A stretch of DNA of 64,000 nt from Antedon mediterranea (lineage: Eukaryota; Animalia; Echinodermata). Both the position numbers and the translations under genes were made by a program. Location: contig NC_092680.1 in the NCBI RefSeq assembly GCF_964355755.1, positions 12,152,001 through 12,216,000 of the forward strand, in the 5' to 3' direction. The notes beneath the pieces are model-generated. The model did no database searches, had not been told where the DNA came from, and was given only the letters and a program-made list of their open reading frames with translations. Numbering within the stretch: the stretch's first letter is position 1; each line of letters opens with the position of its first letter. Shown here piece by piece: positions 13,719 to 25,165 of the stretch.

Positions 13719-14677
13719 GCAACACAGTTTCACGAAAAGGCTTTACGTTCTACTTGCTTCTGTTGTGGAACAAAATTTAAAGAAAAGGATAAAAAATACA
13801 ATTTAAAAAATATGAAAACCATCACAAATTTGCACTAAATCTAACAAATGTAAAATTACAACCTATATACATTTATACAACCTGCCATTCGCGAATTTTC
13901 AATGGATACTGTGTACTACCACGCTAACATTTAAATTAACAGGGCATGGACCAAATTGCTTGGCATGCTACACTTCAACAACAACTATGACCTGGGCCAA
14001 AACTACATTCACAAGTGAAAGAACACACTGGCGTTTAAGGGAACAGTTTTTTGTCTGGTACAGCTGCTCCATAATCTGCTTTTCTTCTTTATATCTTCAC
14101 TCTTTTTGAAAGTTTATACTAACAAATTTAATTAAATGAACATACCTCATAATCAAATAACTGTTTTCTCATCCTAATTTATATACATAGTTTAAAAAGC
14201 GCCAATTTTCAATTAAGATTACATCATACATTGTATATTTCTATTCAACAAAATTGTCAAAACTTTCTATTATTTAAATGTCTAAGATAGTCAGATCTCG
14301 GGTCCATTCTACAGTCACCACAGATTGACTTTTTCATCACAAAATTTCTGAAATTATAAAATGTATTAATGTGTAAATTAAGTGTTTTTTAATTACATAA
14401 AAAATATCATACATGTATTTTTAGCAGAATACAGGCATATTGCACCAGGTGTAAAACAGCCTAAGCTACATATGCTTGAGCACCATGCTATTGCATTCAT
14501 GAGAGAATGGAAGGTGGTCTCTGAGCAAGCTGGGGAGCTAATACATGCCAAACTCAACCGTCACAAAACAGCAGTGTGGATTAGAGTCAAACTTAGACTC
14601 ATCTGACTTTCACATCTCCAATGATACAAAATGAAATAATAAAACCCAACAAATGCAAGAAAGCCAACAAAGAATGA
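13719..14677 (+). pseudogene. Internally deleted Chapaev/RAG1-like transposase remnant
   Basis: After a tttgtag acceptor: FHEKALRSTCFCCG (H-x7-C-x2-C-G), QPIYIYTTCH and GHGPNCLAC, in shifting frames, matching the Chapa/RAG1 N-terminal Zn motif. ORF 14382-14606 has PKLHMLEHH...SEQAGELIHAKLN (H-x4-H and catalytic-Glu region). A frameshifted tail HLTFTSP...KPNKCKKANKE* ends at 14677. Confidence 0.75.
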
Positions 14678-15420
14678 TTCATTAACATTAATGATCATAA
14701 AATATTGTACATTTTTAAATGTTAAAGGAATATTGCATTGTATTTATTTCCTTTTAACAATGCCTAATGATAATGAATATGTAAAAGTAATACTATAGTA
14801 TGTCATTATTTCAATTACTAATTACTATTGATTGATAGTACTACTGCTGTACTGTACATGTGTTAGTGATTGATTGTTAAAGTTACAAATTCATAGCATG
14901 GTAAACACAATTTAAAATTTACTAGTTCTTGAACAGTAAAATAAACTTACCTATATAGATGGTAGGTATAGGTATTGGTCCAAATCTGTTTAAAATGTTT
15001 TAGCCATTTTGGGTTGCCGCTATATATGTACCTAAAAAATAGTAATAGTAATAGTATAACATTATAATAAGAATTAAATAAAATTAACTTATTAAATTTA
15101 CTATGGTTGCATACATACTAATTTGAATATGCAGTGATGAGCAAAAACAAATGTTAAAATTCATTATTTATAATAATTGTAATTATTACATACAGGGTAG
15201 GCATATATGCCTTATGTCATTGCATAGGGTATATATAACCAGGTATCCTCATAATAAACATTATTTGTAATAAATACTGTAAATATATTAAAAATAAAAA
15301 TTAATAATAATTAAATAATAATATATAGGCATAGAGCCTCTAGGCCTAATTAGGTAGCCTACTAATACCTAGCCTATTGCTCTAGGCTAGGCTAAATAAG
15401 CTGGAAAGCTGCTTCTCTGT

Positions 15421-17159
15421 GGGTGTGTAGAAAGCGACGACCTCGAATTGGACGACCCATAACACGAAACCGACGAGCCCTATAGCCTAGTCTAGCCTAG
15501 GCCTAAGTGTGGCATAACATCCCGAAGCCGAACATAGCTAAAGATCTTTAAACTATATCTTATTATATAATACTCGCAAGCAAGCAATTGATTGAAAAAA
15601 TACAGAAATATCGCCATTTGATACTGATTGTGTCGACACGAACAAACGAAAAGATATGGAACGCCAAGAGTGCATCATTAAAACTGCATTCGACATATTA
15701 AAAATAAATTAAAAAGAAATAAATATTATACAATACATGGTTAAACCATGGACGTATAATTACATCTCGTCTTCTTATAACGAACACTATAGGCCTACCA
15801 AGCAGCGTAACATGTGCATGGGGGGATATGACCGGTTGGGCCGCCGACAAGTTGAGCCGCCGGTAATTTCTATGAAACGGCCAGTGCGTCTTTTACGACA
15901 TTTCGCGTAGTGATAGAGTGGTGTCCTAGTAGGCCCTACATAAGTTCATGGTCTTTAGGTTTATTGTGTCATGAAAATAAATAATAATTACATACTACAA
16001 TTTTGTTGGTTTGAAACAGCAAAGGAAAGTAGTCATATTTAATAATTTAATTGTTTTTAATCTTTCAAGGTAAAAATGCAGTGCACTCCATAATATTTTT
16101 CTCGCGTGTATGCCTTCTACCTCGTAAAATCACGTTGTCTCTCAGGACTAATAGAGTATTGATATTCTTCGAATGAGGTTAAATAATTATTATTTTTTAT
16201 TTACTATCTTTTAATATCATATTTTATTGAATTTTACAATGTTAATACACAAAATATTTTACTAAAAAACGGTGATTTTATGCAATTATTTTACTTCAAC
16301 TGCCGCCTGAGGGGGCAACATGTTTACGTCATTTTTGGCTAAAAACGATCATTTTCAGTCATGTTTTAGGCCTTATATTTTGGAATCTACAAGTCAGATA
16401 TTCATAATTATTTCTCTTTAATTATAATATTTAATAATATATACTAAAAACCGTGATATATAAACTTTGGAATATACATCGTTATATCTAATAATTAATA
16501 TAAATAGAACTTCTATTAAATAGAAACGAGCACCGGCGAAAGTAAGCATTTGGCGTTTCATAGAAAATAACGTTTCTGGCGGCGCCTCAACTTGTCGGCG
16601 GCTCAACTTGGCCTAATCCTGCATGGGGAGGGCCATAAGAAAGCTTTACATTTCACACATGCATTGTATACGGTCAAACCATGGAGGTATAAAAATATTT
16701 TTATACCTCCATGGTCAAACCATGGAGCTGGTCAAACCATGGATATACCTCCATGGTCAAACCTTACCTGCCGCTGAAAAAGGGGCCTGGTTTGCCATGT
16801 TTATGATATTTCGTGTGCTAATCGAGTCGAATACAGTTTTAATGATGCACTCTTGGCGTTCCATATCTGTTCGTTTGTTCGTGTTGACACATTCAGTATC
16901 AAATGGCGATATTTCTGTATTTTTTCAATCAATTGCTTGCTTGCGAGCTTGCGAGTATTATATAAGGTATGGTTTAAAGATCTTTGGTTATGTTCGGCTT
17001 CGGGATGTTATACCATACTTAGGCCTAGGCTAGGCTAGGCTATTATATAGGGGTCGTCGGTTTCGTGTTATGGGGGTCGTCCAATTCTAGGTCGTCCAAT
17101 TCGAGGTCGCCCGGGTCGTTGGGGTCGTCCAATTCGAGGTCGTCGCTTTCTACACACCC
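15421..17159. mobile_element. MULE/Mutator-like non-autonomous element with long TIRs
   Basis: TIRs of ~275-335 bp start GGGTGTGTAGAAAGCGACGACC; 10-bp TSD GCTTCTCTGT at 15411-15420 and 17160-17169. Confidence 0.88.
15824..16619. mobile_element. Second MULE-like MITE nested in the first
   Basis: Imperfect TIRs GGAT...GCCGCCGACAAGTTGAG...TTTCTATGAAACG; 9-bp TSD TGCATGGGG at 15815-15823 and 16620-16628. Confidence 0.82.
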
Positions 17160-17823
17160 GCTTCTCTGTAGACTGCTAGTGCAAGAGAGCACAGGTCTAG
17201 CTAGTATATTAAAATAAAAATAGGGCCTATAATATAGGCCTAGCCTACCCAGCCATTGGTAGTGATTGGTTGTTAATATTGACAATTAATAGCATGGTAA
17301 ACACAATTTAAAATTTACTAGTTCTTGAACAGTAAAATAAACTTACCTATAATATAGATGATGGTAGGTATAGGTATAGGTATTGGTCCAAATCTGTTTA
17401 AAATGATTTTTCCACTTCGGGTTGCCGCTATGTACCTAAAAAATAGTAAAACATTACTATAAGAATTAATTAAAATTAGCTTATTAAATTTAATATGGTT
17501 GCATACATACTAATTTGAATATGCAGTGATAAGCAAAAACGAATGTTTAAATTCATTATTTATAATACTGTAATTGTAATTATTACATACAGGGTAGGCA
17601 TATATGCCTTATGTCATTGCATAGGGTATATATAACCAGGTATTCTCATAATAAACATTATTTAAATAAAATACTGTAAATATATTAAAACTAAAAATAA
17701 TAATAATTAAATAATAATATATAGGCGTAGAGCCTAATTAGGTAGTCTACTTATACCTAGCCTATTGCTCTAGGCTAGGCTAAATAAGCTGGAAAGCTGC
17801 TTCGCTGTAGGCTGCTAGTGTTA

Positions 17824-18686
17824 GGGCCTGTTTCTGCTGCAACTGCTCAAAATACGGTATAAAAATACGGTATAAAATACGGTATTTTTTATACCATATT
17901 TTTTAGTACCCCGTTTCTGCTAACAATACTTCTTGGGTGGTCGTGTTAAATTTCATCTTTTTTACCCAAATTGCCATTCATTTATTTGATCGATAATTAA
18001 AAGTTGCAATAAAGGAAGTTTTACGTCTCACTTTCAACAGCCTAGCCCTAGTGATAGAGATGTTGTGAGAGCACAGAAAACATCGTAATGGGGACAATTA
18101 ATTCGTTCCCTCCCCGAGTTATTAATAATAATAATAAGATTTTTATAGCGCACATACCACTCCAGAGTGCTCAAGGCGCATTTAAAAATAAAAAAGAAAT
18201 ACATCATATTGTATTTTGCAATGTTGTACTGCTTTCGCAGGCTCTTCAGCTTTGAGTTTACTTGCTTTGGAGACATGTGGTTGTTCCTTTTATTACCTTT
18301 TAGTTGGTCAGACATTTTAGCTTCCCCACACACATTTATTTAGTAAACCTGTGACGTCTTCGCTCCACATTTTCGCCGAATATATATATACATGTGTGTA
18401 AAGCAGCTAACAGCGACAGAAAATAAAAACACGAATGGTGACCTTTTGTCATGTAAAAAAAAAAATACGGTATTTTTTATTGGCAGCAGAAACGGGTACA
18501 AAAAATACGGTATAAATTTGTAAATACCGTATTTTATCCACAAATTTTGTGAGGAAAATACGGTATACAAAATACGGTATATTTTTTATGAGCGCAGTTT
18601 CTGCTGCCAAAAATATACCGTATATATACGGTATTCAAAAAATACCGTATAATATACGGTATTTAGTTGGCAGCAGAAACAGGGCC
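17824..18686. mobile_element. PIF/Harbinger-like MITE
   Basis: TIR GG(G/C)CCTGTTTCTGCTGC(C)AACT; 3-bp TSD TTA (17821-17823, 18687-18689); subterminal AAATACGGTAT repeats. Confidence 0.85.
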
Positions 18687-19848
18687 TTAGAGAGCACAGG
18701 TCTAGCTAGTATATTAAAATAAAAATGGGGCCTATAATATAGGCCTAGCCTACCCAGCCAGTGGTAGTGATTGATTGTTAATATTGAAAATTAATAGCAT
18801 GGTAAACACAACTTAAAATTTACTAGTTCTTGAGCAGTAAAATAAACTTACCTACTGTAGTATATAGATGGTAGGCTGCTAGGTATTGGTCCAAATCTGT
18901 TTAAAATGTTTTTGCCACTTCGGGTTGCCGCTATGTACCTAAAAAATAGTAAAACATTATTATAAGAATTACTTAAAATTAGCTTATTGAATTTAATATG
19001 GTTGCATACATACTAATTTGAATATGCAGTGATGAGCAAAAACGAATGTTAAAATTCATTATTTATAATAATTGTAATTATTACATACAGGGTAGGCATA
19101 TATGCCTTATGTCATTGCATAGGGTATATATAACCAGGTATTCTCATAAGAAACATTATTTAAATAAATACTGTAAATATATTAAACAAAAATTAATAAT
19201 AATTAAATAATAATAGGCCTATATAGGCGTAGAGCCTAGCCTAATTAGGTAGCCTACTTATACCTAGCCTAATTGCTCTAGGCTAGGCTAAATAAGCTGG
19301 AAAGCTGCTTCTCTGTAGGCTGCTGCTAGTGATAGAGAGCACAGGTCTAGCTAGTATATTAAAATAAAAATAGGGCCTATAATATAGGCCTAGCCTACCC
19401 AGCCAGTGGTAGTGATTGATTGTTAATATTAAAAATTAATTGCATGGTACACAATTTAATATTTGCTACTTCTTGAACAGCAAAATTATCTTGCCTAGGC
19501 TATATAGATGGTAGGTATGGTCCAAATCTGCTTAGCCACTTCAGGTTACTGCTCTATGTATCTACAATAGTATAACATTAATAATTATTATAACAATTTT
19601 ATAAAATTAACTTAACTTATTAAATTTAATATGATTGCATACTAATTTGAATATGCAGTGATGAGCAAAACCGAATGTTAATATGATGCTTGTCATTATT
19701 TATATTGTAATTATTACATACACTTTACAGGGTAGGCCTATAATATTCCCTATTGCATACATGTTACAGGGTATAGGCTTATATAATCCTCATAATATTA
19801 AATTTACAGTTTTTGTAATGAATACTGTAAATTTAATAAAATTAAAAT

Positions 19849-20014
19849 TGTGACGTTGTTAAACGTATATATTGCAATTATTAGTTGCAAGAAATAAAAT
19901 GACAGACGACTATAATGAGATCAATGAGAGAGAGTGACTTTATTCAAAACATGCTGGGAACTCCTGACTGTGACGTCATACACACATATATTTGATATAG
20001 ATAGATATGTGACA
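19849..20014 (-). repeat. 3' LTR
   Basis: Identical by eye to 24158-24323; adjacent polypurine tract. Confidence 0.95.
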
Positions 20015-20158
20015 TCTCCCTTTTTCTTAAACATTAACAACAATCGTAATCAAAATATCAAACTCTTAATGAAACAATTAAACTATGATGATGTAAACAT
20101 TTGGGTATAATAAAACATGGATATCTGGCAGAGAAATTATGAACAATGAGTCTTTTAA

Positions 20159-20930
20159 TTAGTATTTGTCCATTATGAAGTCATCGAAAAGTTTGGGTAC
20201 ACGTCTATTTCGCTTTGGTCTGGTGATGACTTCCTCTTCCTTTTGAGGATCAGGTGTCCTCGGCGGAGTTTCGATAGGAGTTTCATCCAGTTCCCCTTCA
20301 ACATTAATATCTTCTTCATGTGATTGATTTAATTGTCGGCGATTGTGTCTGTACACTTGTCCGTTTTGCGTAGCGACCATATATGATCTCGGGGTAACAT
20401 GTTCAGATAACACTTTCGCGGGGACCCATTCTCGGCCTTTGTTGAGACGGACTATCTCGTTTCCTTTCAGTGATTGTAGCGTTCGCGTTCCACGATTGTA
20501 ATATTCCGCCTGTTTGTCTTGTCTAACGATCAACGAATTATGTGCGTCTGGAATCAGTGTAGGCTTAAGTTGCTCGCGTGCGATAGGAATTCGTGTTCTA
20601 AGCCTTCTGTTCATCAGCAACTGTGCTGGAGATTTGCCGATACCTCCCAATGGCGCATCTCGATAAGCGAGTAAAGCTAAATGAAAGTCTCCGTGAAAGT
20701 CATCAGCGGCTTTCCTTAACAATTGCTTGACTGTCTGTATGCACCGTTCAGCTTGACCATTGCTTTGTGCATAGGTGGGGCTCGATGTGATTAGTTCTAT
20801 CCCCCATGATTTAGCGAACTCTTTCATTTCAAAACTTGCGAAAGGCATGTTGTCGCTTACAAATGTTGCTGGAATGCCATGTCTCGCGAAAATCGTTTTT
20901 AGCCTGCCGATTACTTCTTTGGCAGTTTTG
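20159..20930 (-). pseudogene. Gypsy integrase core/C-terminus, frameshifted from the upstream pol
   Basis: FARHGIPATFVSDN...SSPTYAQSNGQAERCIQTVK (DDE), WVPAKV...PRSYMV; a short deletion after DYYSKY shifts the frame. Confidence 0.9.
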
Positions 20931-22782
20931 TTGCGTATTTTGAATAATAATCTACAACTACTAAGTGGTCATTTCCTCCAAAGTTGAAAATGTCTGCCCC
21001 AACTTTATAAAAGGGTATTTCAGGTATTTCGTGAGGTATTATTGGTTCACGTTGATTTTTCCGTTTGTACTTCGCACATGTCGTACATCTTGATACCATG
21101 TCATGAATAGCATTGGTGATGCCGGGCCAGTACAACAACTCTCTGGCTCTGGCCTTGGATTTCTCAATTCCTAAATGACCATCATGAATGCGGTTAAGCA
21201 TGAATTCTCGTTTGCTTTCTGGTACTATCAGTTTCTGCCCAATAAACATTAGTCCCTCGTGTTCATAAATTTCGTCACGCATCGGCCAAAATTGTCTTAT
21301 CTTTACGCTGACTGACTGAAGTCGCTCAGGCCAGCCAATATGGCACTGTTTCGATAGTTCTTTTAGTGTCTCGTCCTCGTTAGTCGCTTGTTGTATTTCC
21401 GTTATTCTAGCTTTACTCATACTCAACAGCTCATGTACGGCATGTATACGATATTGTAGAATTTCAGGATCATTTGTGACAGTTTCCATCGGAACCGCTC
21501 TGCTCAGTGCGTCTGCGATATACATTTCACGACCTGGAACATATGTGACATTTATATCATATTTTAATAGTCGTAGCATCATCTGCTGTAGTCTGGGACT
21601 CGCCTTGTGAATTTGTTTCTTTGTAATTGACTCAAGAGGTTTGTGATCAGACTGGATCGTAACTGAACGTCCGTAGACATAGTTGTTAAACCTTTCAAGT
21701 GAAAAACAAATAGCTAGCATTTCTTTTTCTATCTGAGAATAGTTCATTTCGGCTGACGTTAGTGATCGCGAACTATAGCGTATCGGGTGACCATCTTGCA
21801 TTAAAACACTTCCTAGTCCAAAAGATGATGCGTCACATTGGATTACTACTTCTTTATTCGGATCAAAGTACTTAAGTACTGGCTCTGAGCTTAACAAACT
21901 CTGCAAATGTTTTAGCGATTGGTCGTGGCGTTCTTCCCAAGACCACGCTACATCCTTCTTTAATAACTCTCTCATAGGAGCGCTGATGGTCGACATATTC
22001 GGAATAAATGGCGACAGATAGTTGATCATTCCCATTAAACGTCTCAGGTCAGACTTACAAGAAGGTGTAGGCATATCATAAATTGCTTTTACTTTAGAAT
22101 TATCAGGCTTAACACCATCTCTACTAATTATGTGACCTAAGTATGTCAACTCATGTTCTTTAAGCTTAATCTTATTTCTATTAAATTTTACATTTTCATC
22201 TTTAGCACGCTCCATGACTTTGGCTATCACACTATCATGATGCTTTTCATCGTCATCGGTAGCAATTATCATGTCATCAGAAATTACAAATACATTATCA
22301 ATACCTCCAAATATTTGTTCGTTTCTCTTTTGAACAACCTCACTGGCACTACATAGACCAAAGGATAATCTGTTAAATGAATACCTCCCAAATGGTGTGT
22401 TGAAGGGACACAACTCAGTGCTGTGCTCCGTTAATGGTATTTGCCAGTATGCATCTTTCATATCTATGTGCGTGAACAATTTACGCCCTGACAATTTACT
22501 TATTACATCCTCTGTTGTAGGAATCATGTGATGCTCTCTTTTAATTTCCCTGTTCAAATCTTTAGGGTCGAGGCATAGCCTCAGAGAACCGTCCTTCTTT
22601 TCTACAACTACTAAACTACTCACCCAGTCAGTGGGCTGATTAGTGCGTGAGATTACGCCTTGGCGTTCCATCTCGTCTAATTTGTTTCTTAATTTATCAT
22701 GTAAACTTATTGGTACTCTCCGGGGTGGATGCACGACCGGTACGGCGCCCTCTTTAATCTTAATGTTGTATGGTTTGCCCAT
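20911..22782 (-). CDS. Gypsy pol: reverse transcriptase, RNase H and integrase Zn finger
   Basis: LRLCLDPKDLN, IDMKDAYWQI, FNTPFGRY, VISDDMII, CDASSFGLG, YSQIEKE, SDHKPL, H..HLG...CTTC. Confidence 0.93.
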   Translation of the reverse strand: MGKPYNIKIKEGAVPVVHPPRRVPISLHDKLRNKLDEMERQGVISRTNQPTDWVSSLVVVEKKDGSLRLCLDPKDLNREIKREHHMIPTTEDVISKLSGRKLFTHIDMKDAYWQIPLTEHSTELCPFNTPFGRYSFNRLSFGLCSASEVVQKRNEQIFGGIDNVFVISDDMIIATDDDEKHHDSVIAKVMERAKDENVKFNRNKIKLKEHELTYLGHIISRDGVKPDNSKVKAIYDMPTPSCKSDLRRLMGMINYLSPFIPNMSTISAPMRELLKKDVAWSWEERHDQSLKHLQSLLSSEPVLKYFDPNKEVVIQCDASSFGLGSVLMQDGHPIRYSSRSLTSAEMNYSQIEKEMLAICFSLERFNNYVYGRSVTIQSDHKPLESITKKQIHKASPRLQQMMLRLLKYDINVTYVPGREMYIADALSRAVPMETVTNDPEILQYRIHAVHELLSMSKARITEIQQATNEDETLKELSKQCHIGWPERLQSVSVKIRQFWPMRDEIYEHEGLMFIGQKLIVPESKREFMLNRIHDGHLGIEKSKARARELLYWPGITNAIHDMVSRCTTCAKYKRKNQREPIIPHEIPEIPFYKVGADIFNFGGNDHLVVVDYYSKYATKLPKK

Positions 22783-22791
22783 GCAACCCAG

Positions 22792-24114
22792 TCACTCAAC
22801 ATTCTTTGAGTATTTACTCATTAAATCATCCATTTTGATTGAATCTACATTGCGGTTAATGATGCTTAATGCTGTGCTCGAACTTAGTCCAAGAATAGGT
22901 GGACTATCTACCTCAGTAATGAAAAATTCATGAGCACTTGTTTGCATGCCATCGTTCCGTGAAATCTTCAAACTCACCACACCACAGTGTGGGATTACAG
23001 TGTTACTGTAACTATACAACTTGGCTTTACTCTCATTGACTTTCGTCTTAATATCTAATTTCTTAAATAAGCTCTTAGGAATGCAGTTTACATTCGCTCC
23101 TGTATCTACCTTGACATTGATTAAATGTGTGTTGTTAACCTTTATCTTATACAACCACATGTCATTAGTGTTTCTCCCAACACTATCAATATAAAAACTA
23201 CCAAATGTTAAAGACATATCGTCTTCTTCTACAAGGTATTTACTATCAGATGTACATTCATTAGCATTGATACTGTCAATTTTCTTATTAAAATTAAAAT
23301 TATACTTACGCTTACCACTACTACCAACACCATTCTGTCTGCCTGGACACAATGTCGATCTACTGAAGTGTCCCAAGCGATTATATTTTCTACAGCGTTC
23401 GTTCCAGGCTGGGCATTGCCTTGGTGGATGTTTACGCATACAATTCGCGTGAACTTCGCGTTCGCTATGGTTACGTGTACGTGCCTTGTCGCTGTACTGT
23501 TGTTTGTGCTTCATGCTGCCTGCGTGTGTGTGGCTTTTCTTTACTTCATTTACACTAGCTTTATCAGACATTATCAGTGTCAATTCTCGCTTAGAACTCT
23601 CATAATTATGCATACGTTTGACTACAGTCTCTAAAGATGCGTTACCATCATCTCCCATAACCTTAAGTTTCATTGTTGCGTCTGAGATCCCGAAAAATAA
23701 TGTATCTCTTAAAATTGCGTTTACGTCCTGAAATTTGCAGTCGTCGGCCATTGTTCTCAAATCGTTCATGTATTCATCTAAACCTTGCCCTTCTGGTCGT
23801 TGATACGACCAAAATTTGGCTCGCATGGCCATGACTGGATCTCTCTTTTTACAGTAGTTCTCAAACTTGGTTAATACATTGTCATAATTATCTTTTGACT
23901 CACCCTCAACATATGTAAAATTGTTGAAAATTTCAAGCCCTCGTTTTTCGAGCACCGTAAGAAGGATCGCTATTTTCGTTTTATCGCCCTTGCCGTTTGA
24001 ATCGGTGGCTGTCATGAATAAATCGAAGCGCTGCTTCCATCGTTTCCACTGCGTGGAAATGCTTGGCCCATCCAAATCAAAACTTTCAGGGGTCTTAAAC
24101 CTGAATGATTCCAT
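22792..24114 (-). CDS. Gypsy gag plus aspartic protease
   Basis: WKRWKQRF gag start, Mag-type knuckles (C..KHPPRQCPA; C..YNRLGHFSRSTLC, degenerate), protease VDTGANVN. Ends at a TGA in frame with pol. Confidence 0.9.
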   Translation of the reverse strand: MESFRFKTPESFDLDGPSISTQWKRWKQRFDLFMTATDSNGKGDKTKIAILLTVLEKRGLEIFNNFTYVEGESKDNYDNVLTKFENYCKKRDPVMAMRAKFWSYQRPEGQGLDEYMNDLRTMADDCKFQDVNAILRDTLFFGISDATMKLKVMGDDGNASLETVVKRMHNYESSKRELTLIMSDKASVNEVKKSHTHAGSMKHKQQYSDKARTRNHSEREVHANCMRKHPPRQCPAWNERCRKYNRLGHFSRSTLCPGRQNGVGSSGKRKYNFNFNKKIDSINANECTSDSKYLVEEDDMSLTFGSFYIDSVGRNTNDMWLYKIKVNNTHLINVKVDTGANVNCIPKSLFKKLDIKTKVNESKAKLYSYSNTVIPHCGVVSLKISRNDGMQTSAHEFFITEVDSPPILGLSSSTALSIINRNVDSIKMDDLMSKYSKNVE

Positions 24115-24157
24115 TGCAAATTATTTTATACAATAAAATGCACCACTTCTGACACCA

Positions 24158-24323
24158 TGTGACGTTGTTAAACGTATATATTGCAATTATTAGTTGCAAG
24201 AAATAAAATGACAGACGACTATAATGAGATCAATGAGAGAGAGTGACTTTATTCAAAACATGCTGGGAACTCCTGACTGTGACGTCATACACACATATAT
24301 TTGATATAGATAGATATGTGACA
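24158..24323 (-). repeat. 5' LTR
   Basis: 166 bp, TG..CA, followed on the minus strand by the PBS (24157-24143). Confidence 0.95.
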
Positions 24324-25165
24324 AAAATTAATTATAATGATTAAATAATATTAAAAATATATAGGCCTAGGCGTAGATCCTGGGCCTAATTTTAATTAGG
24401 TAGCCTACTAATACCTATAGTAGGCTAGCCTACTCAAGGCCAACTAAGCCGGAAAGCTGCTTCTCTGTAGTAGGCTGCTAGAGAACACAGGTCTAGCAAG
24501 GGCCTAGGCCTAGTATTACAATAAAAATAGGGCCTATAATATTGGTATATGCCTACCCTACTCAGCCATGCCTAAATGATTAAAATAATGTAACATTTCC
24601 AAACTCATTTGGGTCAGCTGTCACATGAAAGGCAGTGTTGCAACTAGAGTAGACACAAGCCTAAGCCTAAAAATGACACAATTTGAAACGGCCATAGCTC
24701 AAAAATTCAACCATCACCTCTCGACCATTACTATGTTATAACATTCACAGATAACTAAATTATCATGCAGTACCAAAGAATTAGAGTGAAAATTACATTT
24801 TTTAAAGATACGGACAAACAAACATGTACCTAATTTGGAAATGTCACTCACGTGCGTAAATTGGTCTATGCTTGTAATTTATGGTCCACCCTTCCATTAA
24901 TTTTCAGCGTTACATTCCTTGTTAAAAACAAAACGACAACATGCTTGTTTCATCCAGGGACTCTTTAATGAATATTCATATTTTTAGCAACCCTTTATTT
25001 GTTTATCTCATTCTCATTGGCTGTTTAAAACATGTCTTTAAATGACGTTTGACTCCACTCTGCACACGTGGATTTGTAAGTAATTGTTTATGTATTGATA
25101 CTCCAGCGATACGACTTGTAACGTTGAGGGCGCATGACTTAATTCGTATGTTTGAAACAGCTGTA

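Larger units (their letters stand above)
19849..24323 (-). mobile_element. Full-length Gypsy/Ty3 LTR retrotransposon (Mag-like)
   Basis: Two 166-bp TG..CA LTRs and a 5-bp TSD AAAAT (19844-19848, 24324-24328). PBS TGGTGTCAGAAGTGG follows the 5' LTR and PPT AAGAAAAAGGGAGA precedes the 3' LTR. Domain order gag-PR-RT-RH-IN. Confidence 0.97.
14860..24565. repeat. Four tandem ~600-650-bp units inside the Chapaev-like element, three interrupted by other TEs
   Basis: The marker gtgatt..ttgttaa...gcatggta..cacaatttaa recurs near 14865, 17260, 18765 and 19410, and the units rejoin when the MULE, Harbinger and Gypsy inserts are removed. Confidence 0.85.
11699..25165 (+). mobile_element. Chapaev-like (CMC/RAG1-related) DNA transposon, decayed, with multiple nested insertions
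   Basis: Ends CACAGCTGTTTCAA...TTGAAACAGCTGTA with a second block AAGTCA(A/T)GCGCCCTCAA. 4-bp TSD AACC (11695-11698, 25166-25169) lies within a satellite B box. Contains Chapa-domain and catalytic-end remnants. Confidence 0.85.

Noticed and set aside
13719-14677. A bona fide RAG1/RAG2 (ProtoRAG-type) locus
   Set aside because: The TSD is 4 bp rather than 5, no RING or RAG2-like sequence is visible, and the C-terminal motif is closer to Chapaev-type transposases.
16592-17285. ORFs of 61-136 aa in the MULE arm
   Set aside because: They lie in TIR and short-repeat sequence with no recognisable domain.
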